A stretch of 54,523 bases of DNA from an uncultured Victivallales bacterium (GTDB lineage: Bacteria; Verrucomicrobiota; Lentisphaeria; Victivallales; CAZIVM01), in assembly GCA_964542845.1 (NCBI GenBank), contig CAZIVM010000001.1:1-54523 (forward strand). Reading direction: 5' to 3'. Position numbers and translations under genes: made by a program. Positions within the stretch are counted from its first letter, which is position 1. Each line of letters starts with the position of its first letter. Positions 1 to 8,144 of this stretch are shown here, one piece after another. The notes under the pieces were generated by a model. It worked only from the letters and a program-made list of their open reading frames with translations. It was not told where the DNA came from and did not search any database.

Positions 1-604
1 CACTGAGAGCTAAATCGTCATAAGAGACGGCATCGGGCACATCTTCGGGAAAATCAAGTTGTGACTCACATTCTGCGAGGAGTCCGACATAGATTTGACG
101 CAATCCATATATTTTTTCACGTAAAGAACCTGAAAGTTGACGTTCCGCAGAAAGTCGTGCCATTTCAGACTGTGCATGTATCAAATCTGCCACCGCCTCC
201 GCTTGGGTTAAATCCATTTTTCCGTTAATAAAAGCGCGTAACGTGTACTCTCCAGGCTCCGCTTGACGCACTTCGGGATGTGTCAATACGCATTGAAGTG
301 CATGCTGGGTGTTCATCATTCCGCCATGGATTTGGAGTTCAAACACATCTTCGCCGGTATAACTTCGTGGGTTGGGCATCGCAACGCCTAATATCTCTTC
401 TCCGCAAACATGCCCCTCTGAGTCAAGTAAATGACCTAGTGTGAGGGTGCGAGGCGATTGGAGCGCGCTTTTAGCGTGTGAAAAGAGTTTTTGAAAAACA
501 GGAAATGCGTTTTCTCCCGACACACGAATAATAGAAATCGCCCCCCCAACACCTGTACAAACCGCGGCAATGGTTTCTGTGCTGTTATGCGCATTAATTC
601 GCAT
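1..604 (-). CDS. mnmE: tRNA modification GTPase MnmE/TrmE, N-terminal ~201 codons (gene runs off the left edge)
   Basis: The minus-strand frame is open from the ATG at 604 to the window edge. Translation MRINAHNSTETIAAVCTGVGGAISIIRVSGENA...GEDVFELQIHGG...PGEYTLRAFINGKMDLTQAEAVADLI carries the MnmE N-terminal domain hallmarks. It is absent from the ORF track because it is truncated. Confidence 0.8.
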   Translation of the reverse strand, partial: MRINAHNSTETIAAVCTGVGGAISIIRVSGENAFPVFQKLFSHAKSALQSPRTLTLGHLLDSEGHVCGEEILGVAMPNPRSYTGEDVFELQIHGGMMNTQHALQCVLTHPEVRQAEPGEYTLRAFINGKMDLTQAEAVADLIHAQSEMARLSAERQLSGSLREKIYGLRQIYVGLLAECESQLDFPEDVPDAVSYDDLALS

Positions 605-1814
605 GACATTTATCTCCTTTACACCCTTTGCAGTTGGTGCAAACGCTCGCTAACGCACTTTCAAGAATACGGAAAGACTCTTGGAAGGCTAAATTGAGGT
701 GATAGAGACTACTTGCAGGCGAATAGGCATAAGTATCCGCCCCATTTTCGGTTAACTGTTCATGCCATGTGCCTGTTTCGATTATGAGATATTTTTCGAT
801 GATGGTTTGTGCAAGTTGAAGTGCGCGATTCCCTGCTTCCGTGTCTACAAAAGATTCATATACAGCGAGATGCGCTTTCAGAAGTTCGGTCTGACACCAT
901 AAGCGGTGCGTGTTTTTGGCGACAATGTTTTCGCCATCGAGTCCATCATAAGCCAATTGATTTTGTGCGTTAATTCCATGGGCCAGGAGCGAGGTGTAAA
1001 GTTTTTGGATATAGAGTGTGGTATCCTCTCCAGTGAGTTGTTTATAAATATGGAGCAACCATATCCATTCGCTCGCATGACCCGGTTCGCTACGCTGAAT
1101 CAACGCATTGCGTTCCCAGTTGGGTTCGAGGGTTTCAGTTACAGTATCTGTTTGTACGTCAAAGAAATAATCTGTAAAGAGTTTATATAAACTTTGTGCA
1201 CGCGTTAACCATACGGGGTTTCCTGTAAAAAGAAGTGCATACAAGCACGCTTCTAAAAGGTGCATGTGTGGATTTTGTTCATGATGAGGCGTGCAGTCAG
1301 GAGCAGTGCTTGTGTAGAATCCGCCCTGAGGATGTGTGAGGTGTGATACGAGAAAATCCCATGTGTTCTCGGCGTGTGAAAAGTAGGATTCATCATGCGT
1401 GATATGCCCTAAATGAACAAAGGTAAAAATGGCAAATGCTTGTTCGTAAGTATAGCAGTGAGCGTTGGAAATGCCACCTGTAGATTTTAAGCTATAGATG
1501 TAACCCCCTTGCGTATTACGAAAAAGATTGATCATATTTTCGGCGCAAAGAATGGCGCGTTGGAAGAAATGGGGATCGTGGGTATCTAACCACGCTTGTG
1601 CAAAAACGTAGGCTTGACGCGCTTGAACTCTAAAACGAACATCATGGGTCTCGATTTGATGATCGATATTTCCGTTAAAACCGAGCCCTTCACGGAAGTT
1701 GTGAAATGTTTCGTTGTAGCCTTGCTGACTCCATGTTTGACGCGCACAATCGCGAAATTCACGGATTTGAGATAAAATTAATAGGATTTTTTCAGGATTC
1801 ATACGCTTTTTCAT
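594..1814 (-). CDS. AGE-superfamily sugar epimerase/isomerase (N-acylglucosamine 2-epimerase / cellobiose 2-epimerase-like)
   Basis: 406-aa ORF with repeated aromatic/His-rich helix motifs (HMHLLEA, GHASEWIWLL, WCQTELLKAH) typical of the (alpha/alpha)6-barrel AGE family. It has an unusual Cys-rich tail, CTNCKGCKGDKCHAN. Its last 11 nt overlap the mnmE start. Confidence 0.6.
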   Translation of the reverse strand: MKKRMNPEKILLILSQIREFRDCARQTWSQQGYNETFHNFREGLGFNGNIDHQIETHDVRFRVQARQAYVFAQAWLDTHDPHFFQRAILCAENMINLFRNTQGGYIYSLKSTGGISNAHCYTYEQAFAIFTFVHLGHITHDESYFSHAENTWDFLVSHLTHPQGGFYTSTAPDCTPHHEQNPHMHLLEACLYALLFTGNPVWLTRAQSLYKLFTDYFFDVQTDTVTETLEPNWERNALIQRSEPGHASEWIWLLHIYKQLTGEDTTLYIQKLYTSLLAHGINAQNQLAYDGLDGENIVAKNTHRLWCQTELLKAHLAVYESFVDTEAGNRALQLAQTIIEKYLIIETGTWHEQLTENGADTYAYSPASSLYHLNLAFQESFRILESALASVCTNCKGCKGDKCHAN

Positions 1815-1842
1815 TTGAGGTTTTTGAAAATGGGGCTATATT
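1815..1842 (+). promoter_or_regulatory. Putative sigma-70 promoter TTGAGG-N16-TATATT for the CYTH operon
   Basis: -35 at 1815-1820 and -10 at 1837-1842, about 70 nt upstream of the ATG at 1910. It has the same TATATT -10 seen in other intergenic regions of this window. Confidence 0.35.
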
Positions 1843-1909
1843 ACATAATAATAATTTAGTCCATACACGCACGTTTTCAAGTCTAATCCAACATTTAGGA
1901 GCTTTTTTT

Positions 1910-2419
1910 ATGAAAAAAGAGATTGAACGCCGCTTTTGGGTGAAGGATTCTTCATGGAAAAGCGCACATTCTTCTTGCGATACCCTTGTGCAAGGCTACA
2001 TTGTCAAAGAGGGCAACGTGACTGTGCGTGTCCGAACCAAGGCAGGACGTGGTTTTCTCACCATTAAAGCCCCTTCTTCTGGGAATCGAATTGAACGCGC
2101 TGAGTTTGAATATGAAATTCCGCATGAGGATGCGCTTTCAATGTTAGAGCATTTAGCGCAAGACGAGCGGGTCATTAAGCAACGTTACAATGTGCCCCAT
2201 GGTGATTTAATGTTTGAAATTGATGTATTTGAGGGGGAGAACGCGGGACTTGTGATTGCAGAAATTGAGTTACCTGCCCTTGATACGGTCTTTTCGTTGC
2301 CCGAGTGGGTCGGAAGTGAGATTACGCATTTACATCAACTTTCCAATCGTGCGTTGGCAAAACTTCCGTGGTCGCGTTGGTCAACTGAATCGCAACAAGA
2401 TGTCCAAAATATAGAGTAG
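1910..2419 (+). CDS. CYTH-domain triphosphate tunnel metalloenzyme (class IV adenylate cyclase / triphosphatase family)
   Basis: The internal ATG at 1910 gives MKKEIERRFWV, the canonical EIERKFLV-type CYTH N-terminus. Later VRVR...LTIK, RAEFEYEI and IDVFEGENAGLVIAEIE strands are present. The upstream 68 codons of the 1706 ORF overlap the divergent gene and look non-coding. Confidence 0.8.
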   Translation: MKKEIERRFWVKDSSWKSAHSSCDTLVQGYIVKEGNVTVRVRTKAGRGFLTIKAPSSGNRIERAEFEYEIPHEDALSMLEHLAQDERVIKQRYNVPHGDLMFEIDVFEGENAGLVIAEIELPALDTVFSLPEWVGSEITHLHQLSNRALAKLPWSRWSTESQQDVQNIE

Positions 2420-2425
2420 GTAACT

Positions 2426-2842
2426 ATGACACATTATCACTATGAATTTGTAAAAACACTCACTTCTCAACAAGTCCATGATATTGAGAATTTATATCGT
2501 GATGCCCATTGGTGGGATGAACATTACGATCAAGATTGGCTCTACGATTTACCCCAAAAATCAACCCTTTATTTAATTGTTTTGAGTGATGAAAAAGTGA
2601 TTGGAATGGGTCGCATTCTTTCAGACGGTATGAGTGATGGTTATATTCAAGATATTGCGGTGCTTTCAACTTACCGTAAGCAAGGCATTGGTGGGAAAAT
2701 TATTCAAAATTTGATTGCAAAAGCCAAAGAACAAGGTATTGATTGGATTGCATTAATTGGCGAACCCAATACCCAGTCTTTTTATGAAAAACTGGGTTTT
2801 GAAGTGATGCCCAAATACATCCCGATGATTTATAAAGGTTAA
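2426..2842 (+). CDS. GNAT family N-acetyltransferase
   Basis: 138 aa with the acetyl-CoA binding motif IAVLSTYRKQGIGGKIIQNLI followed by FYEKLGF. Confidence 0.8.
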   Translation: MTHYHYEFVKTLTSQQVHDIENLYRDAHWWDEHYDQDWLYDLPQKSTLYLIVLSDEKVIGMGRILSDGMSDGYIQDIAVLSTYRKQGIGGKIIQNLIAKAKEQGIDWIALIGEPNTQSFYEKLGFEVMPKYIPMIYKG

Positions 2843-2844
2843 TT

Positions 2845-3750
2845 ATGTCAAAACTTCCCTTACATTTTAAAATTCCCGTTGCGCAGGATCGCGCCTTAAT
2901 TGAATCGTACACCCACCCGATGAAGGGGCAACTTTCATGCGAATATGCTTTTTCGAATTTACTCTCGTGGGGAGAGTTGTATCAATTGGCTTTTTGTGAA
3001 AAAGAGAATTATCTTTGGGTTTATAATGGGACGGAAGATTATCTCTATTTTCCGTTAGGTGGCGACGTGAGTCCAGAACGTTTGATTTTGGCTTCGCAAC
3101 AAATGAAAGACGAGGGGTTTTCGGGGGTGTTGGATCAAGTGCCGTATACCTATTTTCTTGAACACAAAGATGTGCTCGAACACACGTTTGAATTTCAAAT
3201 GAAAGAAGATTTTTTAGATTATGTTTATAGTGTAGATAAACTCGCCGACTTAGCGGGGGAAAAACTCTCTAAAAAACGTAATTTGATTAAACAGTTTGAA
3301 GAACTTTATCCGCAGTGGTCAGTACGTCCCCTTTGTGGAAAAGAAGAACTCTCTTGGATTTCTCAATTCGTGCCGCAATGGGCTGCAGGAGCGAACCACG
3401 AGAAAGGTTCAGTTGAAGAAGATGTTGAGGCGTTGCAACAGGTGTTTGCCTATTGGGATGAAGGCGGTTTTGAGGGATTGGTACTTTTAGTTGAGAACCA
3501 ACCTGTGGCGTTTGCGATTTATAGTGTGCCGACTTTAGAGATGTCGATTACCCATTTTGAAAAAGCGTTGCGCGATTTTAAAGGGGCGTCTCAAATGATT
3601 AATCGTGAAACTGCACGTTATTTACGCCCTCGCATTCGGTGGATGAATCGCGAACAAGATTTAGGCGTCCCTGGGCTTCGTCAAGCGAAACGTTCCTATG
3701 ATCCTGACTACTTAATCGAAGTTGGCTTTTTGATTCCTAAGGGGAAATGA
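2845..3750 (+). CDS. DUF2156 (MprF C-terminal / lysyl-PG-synthase-like) domain protein
   Basis: 301 aa. The N-terminal pattern SCEYAFSNLLSWGELYQ...YLYFPLGG resembles stand-alone DUF2156 proteins. It sits 2 nt after the GNAT stop and overlaps comF by 4 nt. Confidence 0.65.
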   Translation: MSKLPLHFKIPVAQDRALIESYTHPMKGQLSCEYAFSNLLSWGELYQLAFCEKENYLWVYNGTEDYLYFPLGGDVSPERLILASQQMKDEGFSGVLDQVPYTYFLEHKDVLEHTFEFQMKEDFLDYVYSVDKLADLAGEKLSKKRNLIKQFEELYPQWSVRPLCGKEELSWISQFVPQWAAGANHEKGSVEEDVEALQQVFAYWDEGGFEGLVLLVENQPVAFAIYSVPTLEMSITHFEKALRDFKGASQMINRETARYLRPRIRWMNREQDLGVPGLRQAKRSYDPDYLIEVGFLIPKGK

Positions 3751-4454
3751 TGCGTTCAACGCTTTTGAAACTTTTATTTTCATTTCCATGCCCGCTTTGT
3801 AAAAATGCCGACCCCTCGCAAGCGATTGATAACGATTTTTGTGAAAGTTGTTTTCGTACATTTCCACAAGTTTATGGCCCTTTTTGCGTGGGATGTGGCG
3901 GTCATCTCGATACCGCATTAGATGTCTGCCGAAGTTGTTTATCGCAAGCTAAACGCCCGTGGCAAAATGCGATGACCCTCTTTAATCATGAAGAACCCAT
4001 GCAAAATATCATTCATCAATTTAAGTATCGAGGCATGACTGTTTATGCGCGTGGCTTTGGTTATTTTGGCGCAAAAGTTGTTCGGGAACGTTTAACCTCT
4101 CTTCCAGATGTGATTGTGCCGATTCCGTTACATTGGTTTCGTTTTTTGCAACGCGGTTATAATCAAGCGGATGTATGGGCAAAAGTCTTGAGTGAATATC
4201 TTGAAATTCCTGTAGCGTATCCGTTAAGACGCCCCCATTATCGTAAACATCAAATGCGCTTGAATCGTTCGGGTCGACTCCGCAAGAAAAGTCAGATATT
4301 TGCCTTGCGCAATCAGGGCGAAAGTGTAAAAGGAAAACATGTGTTACTTGTCGATGATGTATTCACGACGGGCGCAACACTCACGGCAGCTGCCCGACTC
4401 CTCAAAAAAGCAAAAGTGGCATCGATTACGGTCTTTACGATTACACGCCGTTAA
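3747..4454 (+). CDS. comF: ComF family phosphoribosyltransferase-like protein
   Basis: N-terminal double CxxC zinc-finger motifs (CPLC...CESC, CVGC...CRSC) and a C-terminal PRTase loop, VLLVDDVFTTGATL. Confidence 0.8.
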   Translation: MMRSTLLKLLFSFPCPLCKNADPSQAIDNDFCESCFRTFPQVYGPFCVGCGGHLDTALDVCRSCLSQAKRPWQNAMTLFNHEEPMQNIIHQFKYRGMTVYARGFGYFGAKVVRERLTSLPDVIVPIPLHWFRFLQRGYNQADVWAKVLSEYLEIPVAYPLRRPHYRKHQMRLNRSGRLRKKSQIFALRNQGESVKGKHVLLVDDVFTTGATLTAAARLLKKAKVASITVFTITRR

Positions 4455-4480
4455 AGGTGGAACTTTGTCGGGGGTTGGGC

Positions 4481-4508
4481 TTGTTTTTTTGCGTTGGAAT
4501 GCTATATT
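4481..4508 (+). promoter_or_regulatory. Putative sigma-70 promoter TTGTTT-N16-(TGc)TATATT upstream of map
   Basis: -35 at 4481-4486 and an extended -10 TGCTATATT at 4500-4508, about 50 nt before the ATG at 4558. Confidence 0.35.
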
Positions 4509-4557
4509 ATGTAGTGTATAACTTAGGGTATCTTTAACTACGCGCGAAAGGCTTAAC

Positions 4558-5520
4558 ATGTTTTCTTTTCATTCAAAAAATAATAAATTGTGTTGGTGTG
4601 GGAGCGGACTCCCCTTTAAAGAGTGTCATGGTCACCCGGCCAAATTGGTGAAAAAAGGGCGTGTCGCGCCTATGCGTAAAGTTCAAAAAGATTTGGCGCG
4701 CCCCGACTACGCAAGCAATGGGCTCCCTAAACGTTCTTTACCCGCAACATTTATTGAACCCGCTGAAAATTATGAAAAAGTGAAAGCGGCTTGTCACTTG
4801 GCGCGTCGTGTGCTTTTGGCAACATGCGAACGCGTTGCCGTGGGCGTAACCACAGAATCTTTAGATACGTTTGCGCATCAAATGATTACGGAGAATGGGG
4901 CGTATCCTTCCCCTTTGAACTATCATCGCTATCCGAAATCGATTTGTACATCGGTTAATGAGGTGGTGTGTCATGGAATCCCCGATGATCGTCCGCTTCA
5001 AAATGGCGATATTGTTAATGTGGATGTGACTGTATTTTTAGATGGCGTGCATGGGGATTGTAATGCGACGGTCGCTGTTGGGGATGTGGACGATGTTAAA
5101 CGCGCATTGATGCAAGATACATGGCAAAGTTTGATGGAGGGGATTAAAGTGGTTAAGGACGGCGTGCCTGTCAACGAGATTGGTCGCGCCATTGAGAACT
5201 ACTTGAAACCTAAAGGATATGGCGTGGTTTACTCTTTTTGTGGACACGGCATCGGATCTGTTTTTCATACCGGACTCCAAGTGTCGCATGTTTTTGATCG
5301 TCATAATAAACAAGTTTTGCGCAAAGGCATGGTGTTAACCATTGAACCCATGGTGAATTTAGGGACGGCAGATGTCTCTATCTGGAAAGATGACTGGACC
5401 GCAGTGACGAAAGATTTGTTTCCCTCAGCACAATATGAACACACTTTAATTGTTACGGAAGATGGATGCGAGGTTTTAACGCTTCTTCCTGAAGAATCCT
5501 TGACTTGCCCTGTGGAGTAA
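4558..5520 (+). CDS. map: Type I methionine aminopeptidase with N-terminal SEC-C zinc motif
   Basis: CWCGSGLPFKECHG (SEC-C motif) is followed by a MetAP core (NEVVCHGIP, DIVNVDVT, GDCNAT, GHGIG, TIEP, QYEHT). Confidence 0.9.
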   Translation: MFSFHSKNNKLCWCGSGLPFKECHGHPAKLVKKGRVAPMRKVQKDLARPDYASNGLPKRSLPATFIEPAENYEKVKAACHLARRVLLATCERVAVGVTTESLDTFAHQMITENGAYPSPLNYHRYPKSICTSVNEVVCHGIPDDRPLQNGDIVNVDVTVFLDGVHGDCNATVAVGDVDDVKRALMQDTWQSLMEGIKVVKDGVPVNEIGRAIENYLKPKGYGVVYSFCGHGIGSVFHTGLQVSHVFDRHNKQVLRKGMVLTIEPMVNLGTADVSIWKDDWTAVTKDLFPSAQYEHTLIVTEDGCEVLTLLPEESLTCPVE

Positions 5521-5524
5521 ACTT

Positions 5525-5881
5525 ATGCACGATAAAATTATCATTTCGGAATTGCAACTCCCTGTGTTGATTGGCACAAATCCTGAAGAACGCCTTAATC
5601 CGCAACTCATTACGTTTAATTTAACCTTGTTTGGCGATCTCTCTGTTGCGGGGGATAGCGATGATTTGAACGATACGGTGGACTATTTTACTTTTTCGCA
5701 AAAAGTGACCGATTTTATTTTGAATTCTAAATATTTTTTGCTCGAAGCCCTTGCCGAAAATATTGCCAAACTTGCGCTTCAAGATCCGCGAGTCTTGGGG
5801 ATCACCGTGAATATTCGTAAGCCCAACGTGATTCCTAATGCGAAAGCATCCATCCTTGAAATTACAAGGTTTCAAGCATGA
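5525..5881 (+). CDS. folB: Dihydroneopterin aldolase
   Basis: 118 aa. IIISELQLPVLIGTNPEERLNPQLITFNL and DTVDY are FolB-type motifs. Confidence 0.8.
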   Translation: MHDKIIISELQLPVLIGTNPEERLNPQLITFNLTLFGDLSVAGDSDDLNDTVDYFTFSQKVTDFILNSKYFLLEALAENIAKLALQDPRVLGITVNIRKPNVIPNAKASILEITRFQA

Positions 5882-6261
5882 TTCAAGTGTGTGCTGCAGT
5901 TGTCTTTCATCAAGGGAAAGTGTTGCTTGCATCGCGTCCTCATGATAAAGACCTGGCTGGTTTTTGGGAATTTCCAGGCGGAAAGTTAGAGGCGAATGAA
6001 TCGCATGCGGATTGTTTAGAACGCGAACTCAAAGAAGAGCTCAATTTAAAAATAGTTGTGGGTGATTTTTTAATGGAAACGCGATTTGAATATCCCAACA
6101 AAACGGTTCAACTCTTTTTTTATCAATGTTTAGCAGATGATATTTCTACATTACGTCCCCTTGAAAATCAAACTTTTGAGTGGGTTAAATCTTCTGAGAT
6201 TCCTGTCGAAAAAATGTTGCCAGCGGATCAGGATATTGCTGTTTTTCTTCAAAATTTTTAG
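5878..6261 (+). CDS. NUDIX hydrolase, MutT-like (could serve as the DHNTP pyrophosphatase given its coupling to folB)
   Basis: Nudix box GFWEFPGGKLEANESHADCLERELKEELNL. There is a 4-nt ATGA overlap with folB. Confidence 0.8.
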   Translation: MIQVCAAVVFHQGKVLLASRPHDKDLAGFWEFPGGKLEANESHADCLERELKEELNLKIVVGDFLMETRFEYPNKTVQLFFYQCLADDISTLRPLENQTFEWVKSSEIPVEKMLPADQDIAVFLQNF

Positions 6262-6323
6262 AATTTTACTTCTGAAATCATTCATGAAAGGTCTAATTCT
6301 GATTATAAAAAAACGTGTCGGAT

Positions 6324-6351
6324 TTGAATTTTAAATGAAGTGTGTTATATT
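6324..6351 (+). promoter_or_regulatory. Putative sigma-70 promoter TTGAAT-N16-(TGt)TATATT for nadC-mazG
   Basis: -35 at 6324-6329 and an extended -10 TGTTATATT at 6343-6351. The RBS AAGGAG precedes the ATG at 6394. Confidence 0.45.
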
Positions 6352-6393
6352 ATATATAAAAATTTGAAGATTAACAAAAATATAAGGAGTTCT

Positions 6394-7269
6394 ATGATGA
6401 ACACAATTCACCCTATTGATTGGAACCGTGTCGATTTATTAATTTCAATGGCTTTAGATGAAGACTTAGGCAGTAATGGCGATACAACTACTAATTCTGT
6501 GATTCCTGCAGAAACACAAGCTGAAGCCGTTTTACTGGCGAAACAAGATATGGTTTGCTGTGGCTTAGATGTTGCTAAACGTGTCTTTCAAGCAGTGCAT
6601 GGTAATGTTCACTTTGAAGCCTTAGTTAAAGAGGGCGAGTTTTGTAAAAAAGGGACTTTGCTTGCCAAAGCGTATGGTCCTGCACGTGCATTGTTAACCG
6701 CAGAACGCACGGTTTTGAATTTTATCCAACGCTTGTCAGGCATTGCAACTGTGAGCAAGGTTTATAGCGATGCCATTCCAGCAGATTCAAAAACTAAAAT
6801 TTTAGATACCCGAAAAACAACCCCAGGATGGCGTAATTTGGAAAAATACGCCGTGAGTGTTGGAGGCGCAACCAATCATCGTATCGGACTCTTTGATCGC
6901 GTCATGATTAAAGATAATCATCGCGAAATTGCGGGTTTTGAAGGGGAGGGTGGAATTACCCGTTCGGTGAAACGTGCGCGCGAAATGTGGCCCGCTTTAG
7001 AGATTCAAGTGGAAGCGGATACTTTAGATCAACTCCGTGAAGCAACAGATGCGGGGGCAGAATATGTGTTGTTGGATAATATGACCAATGACGAAATGGC
7101 GCAAGCGGTTGAAATTGCAAGTGGCAAAACATTCCTTGAGGCGTCTGGTGGGATCACGATTGAACGTATTACTGAAATTGCCAAATTGGGCGTTGACTTT
7201 ATTTCTGTTGGCGCGTTAACGCACTCTGTAAAATCGGCTGATATTTCATTAGATGTTGTTGTCAAATGA
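6394..7269 (+). CDS. nadC: Nicotinate-nucleotide pyrophosphorylase (quinolinate phosphoribosyltransferase)
   Basis: ERTVLNFIQRLSGIAT, DTRKTTPGWR, NHRIGLFD..IKDNH and LDNM are NadC motifs. The start is placed at the MMNT ATG (6394) because it follows AAGGAG. The 6340 start lies inside the promoter. Confidence 0.9.
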   Translation: MMNTIHPIDWNRVDLLISMALDEDLGSNGDTTTNSVIPAETQAEAVLLAKQDMVCCGLDVAKRVFQAVHGNVHFEALVKEGEFCKKGTLLAKAYGPARALLTAERTVLNFIQRLSGIATVSKVYSDAIPADSKTKILDTRKTTPGWRNLEKYAVSVGGATNHRIGLFDRVMIKDNHREIAGFEGEGGITRSVKRAREMWPALEIQVEADTLDQLREATDAGAEYVLLDNMTNDEMAQAVEIASGKTFLEASGGITIERITEIAKLGVDFISVGALTHSVKSADISLDVVVK

Positions 7270-8078
7270 GTCAAAAAGATCCTATTTTGTCGCACACCAA
7301 ACACCTTGACAAATTGGTTGAGGTGATGAAGGTTTTGAGGAGTCCTGAGGGTTGCCCTTGGGATCGTAAACAAACCACGCAATCCTTAGTTCCTTATGCC
7401 ATTGAAGAGACCGCTGAGTTCATGGAATCGGCGGAAGATTTGGATGTTGAAGGGATGAAAGAAGAGCTGGGTGATATGCTTATGCACATTGTGTTACATA
7501 GCGTGATTGCTGAGGAAAATGGATGGTTTACGATTGAAGATGTGATTGATGGAATTGTGAAAAAGATGGTTCGCCGTCATCCGCACGTTTTTGGGGATCA
7601 ACCTAAAGTCGATTCCGCGGAAGAGATTCCTGGACTTTGGGAGCAAATTAAAAAAACAGAAAAACCCACGGAATTTAAAAGTGTTCTTGGAAAGTATCCC
7701 CGACACTATCCTGCACTTTTACGCGCACAAAAAATCAAGGAAAAAGCGTCAAAGGTCGGTTTTGATTGGACGAATATAACGGGGGTAAAAGAGAAAGTTT
7801 TAGAGGAGTGGAATGAATTGCTTGAAGCATTAGAAAGCGATGATCAAGCGCATATTGATGAAGAGTTTGGCGATGTTTTATTTGTGTTAATGTGCATGGT
7901 GAGTCATGGTTCACAAGTTCCAGCAGAGGTTTTACTGCGTCAGGCGTGTGAAAAATTTGAACGTCGCTTTCATTTTATAGAAAAGTTTTTAATTGCGAAT
8001 GGTCAAAATATTCACGAGACTCCATTAGACGAACTCGAATCGCTTTGGCAAGCCGCCAAAAAAACCGAAAAGCAATAA
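7266..8078 (+). CDS. mazG: Nucleoside triphosphate pyrophosphohydrolase MazG
   Basis: Tandem MazG repeats: CPWDRKQT..EETAEF..EELGD in the first half and EEFGDVLF in the second. There is a 4-nt overlap with nadC. Confidence 0.85.
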   Translation: MSQKDPILSHTKHLDKLVEVMKVLRSPEGCPWDRKQTTQSLVPYAIEETAEFMESAEDLDVEGMKEELGDMLMHIVLHSVIAEENGWFTIEDVIDGIVKKMVRRHPHVFGDQPKVDSAEEIPGLWEQIKKTEKPTEFKSVLGKYPRHYPALLRAQKIKEKASKVGFDWTNITGVKEKVLEEWNELLEALESDDQAHIDEEFGDVLFVLMCMVSHGSQVPAEVLLRQACEKFERRFHFIEKFLIANGQNIHETPLDELESLWQAAKKTEKQ

Positions 8079-8084
8079 AAAAAT

Positions 8085-8112
8085 AACACATGACTCGTAA
8101 AAGTCATGTGTT
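8085..8112. terminator. Bidirectional intrinsic terminator between convergent mazG and the DUF3472 gene
   Basis: Perfect 11-bp stem AACACATGACT/AGTCATGTGTT with a 6-nt loop, flanked by an A-run on the left and a T-rich stretch on the right. Confidence 0.7.
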
Positions 8113-8144
8113 ATATTATTTTATAACGGATAACTTAAATTAAC

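Noticed and set aside
491-697. 68-aa plus-strand ORF spanning the mnmE/AGE junction.
   Set aside because: It is antisense to two well-supported genes, and its Arg/Asn/Cys-rich sequence is non-protein-like.
1706-1909. N-terminal extensions offered by the ORF track: 1706 for CYTH, 6340 for nadC, 13703 for rpsH, 19588 for coaB, 27698 for the PQ-loop gene, 37691 for the EF-hand protein and 34623 for the ECF sigma.
   Set aside because: The extensions overlap neighbouring genes or promoters and precede canonical family N-termini or signal peptides. Internal ATGs have better RBS context.
5572-5590. TGGCAC hexamers elsewhere (e.g. 5572, 20461, 21226, 49727, and GTGCCA at 14661 and 41706), checked as additional sigma-54 promoters.
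   Set aside because: All are intragenic, and none has a TTGC element at the required N5 spacing.
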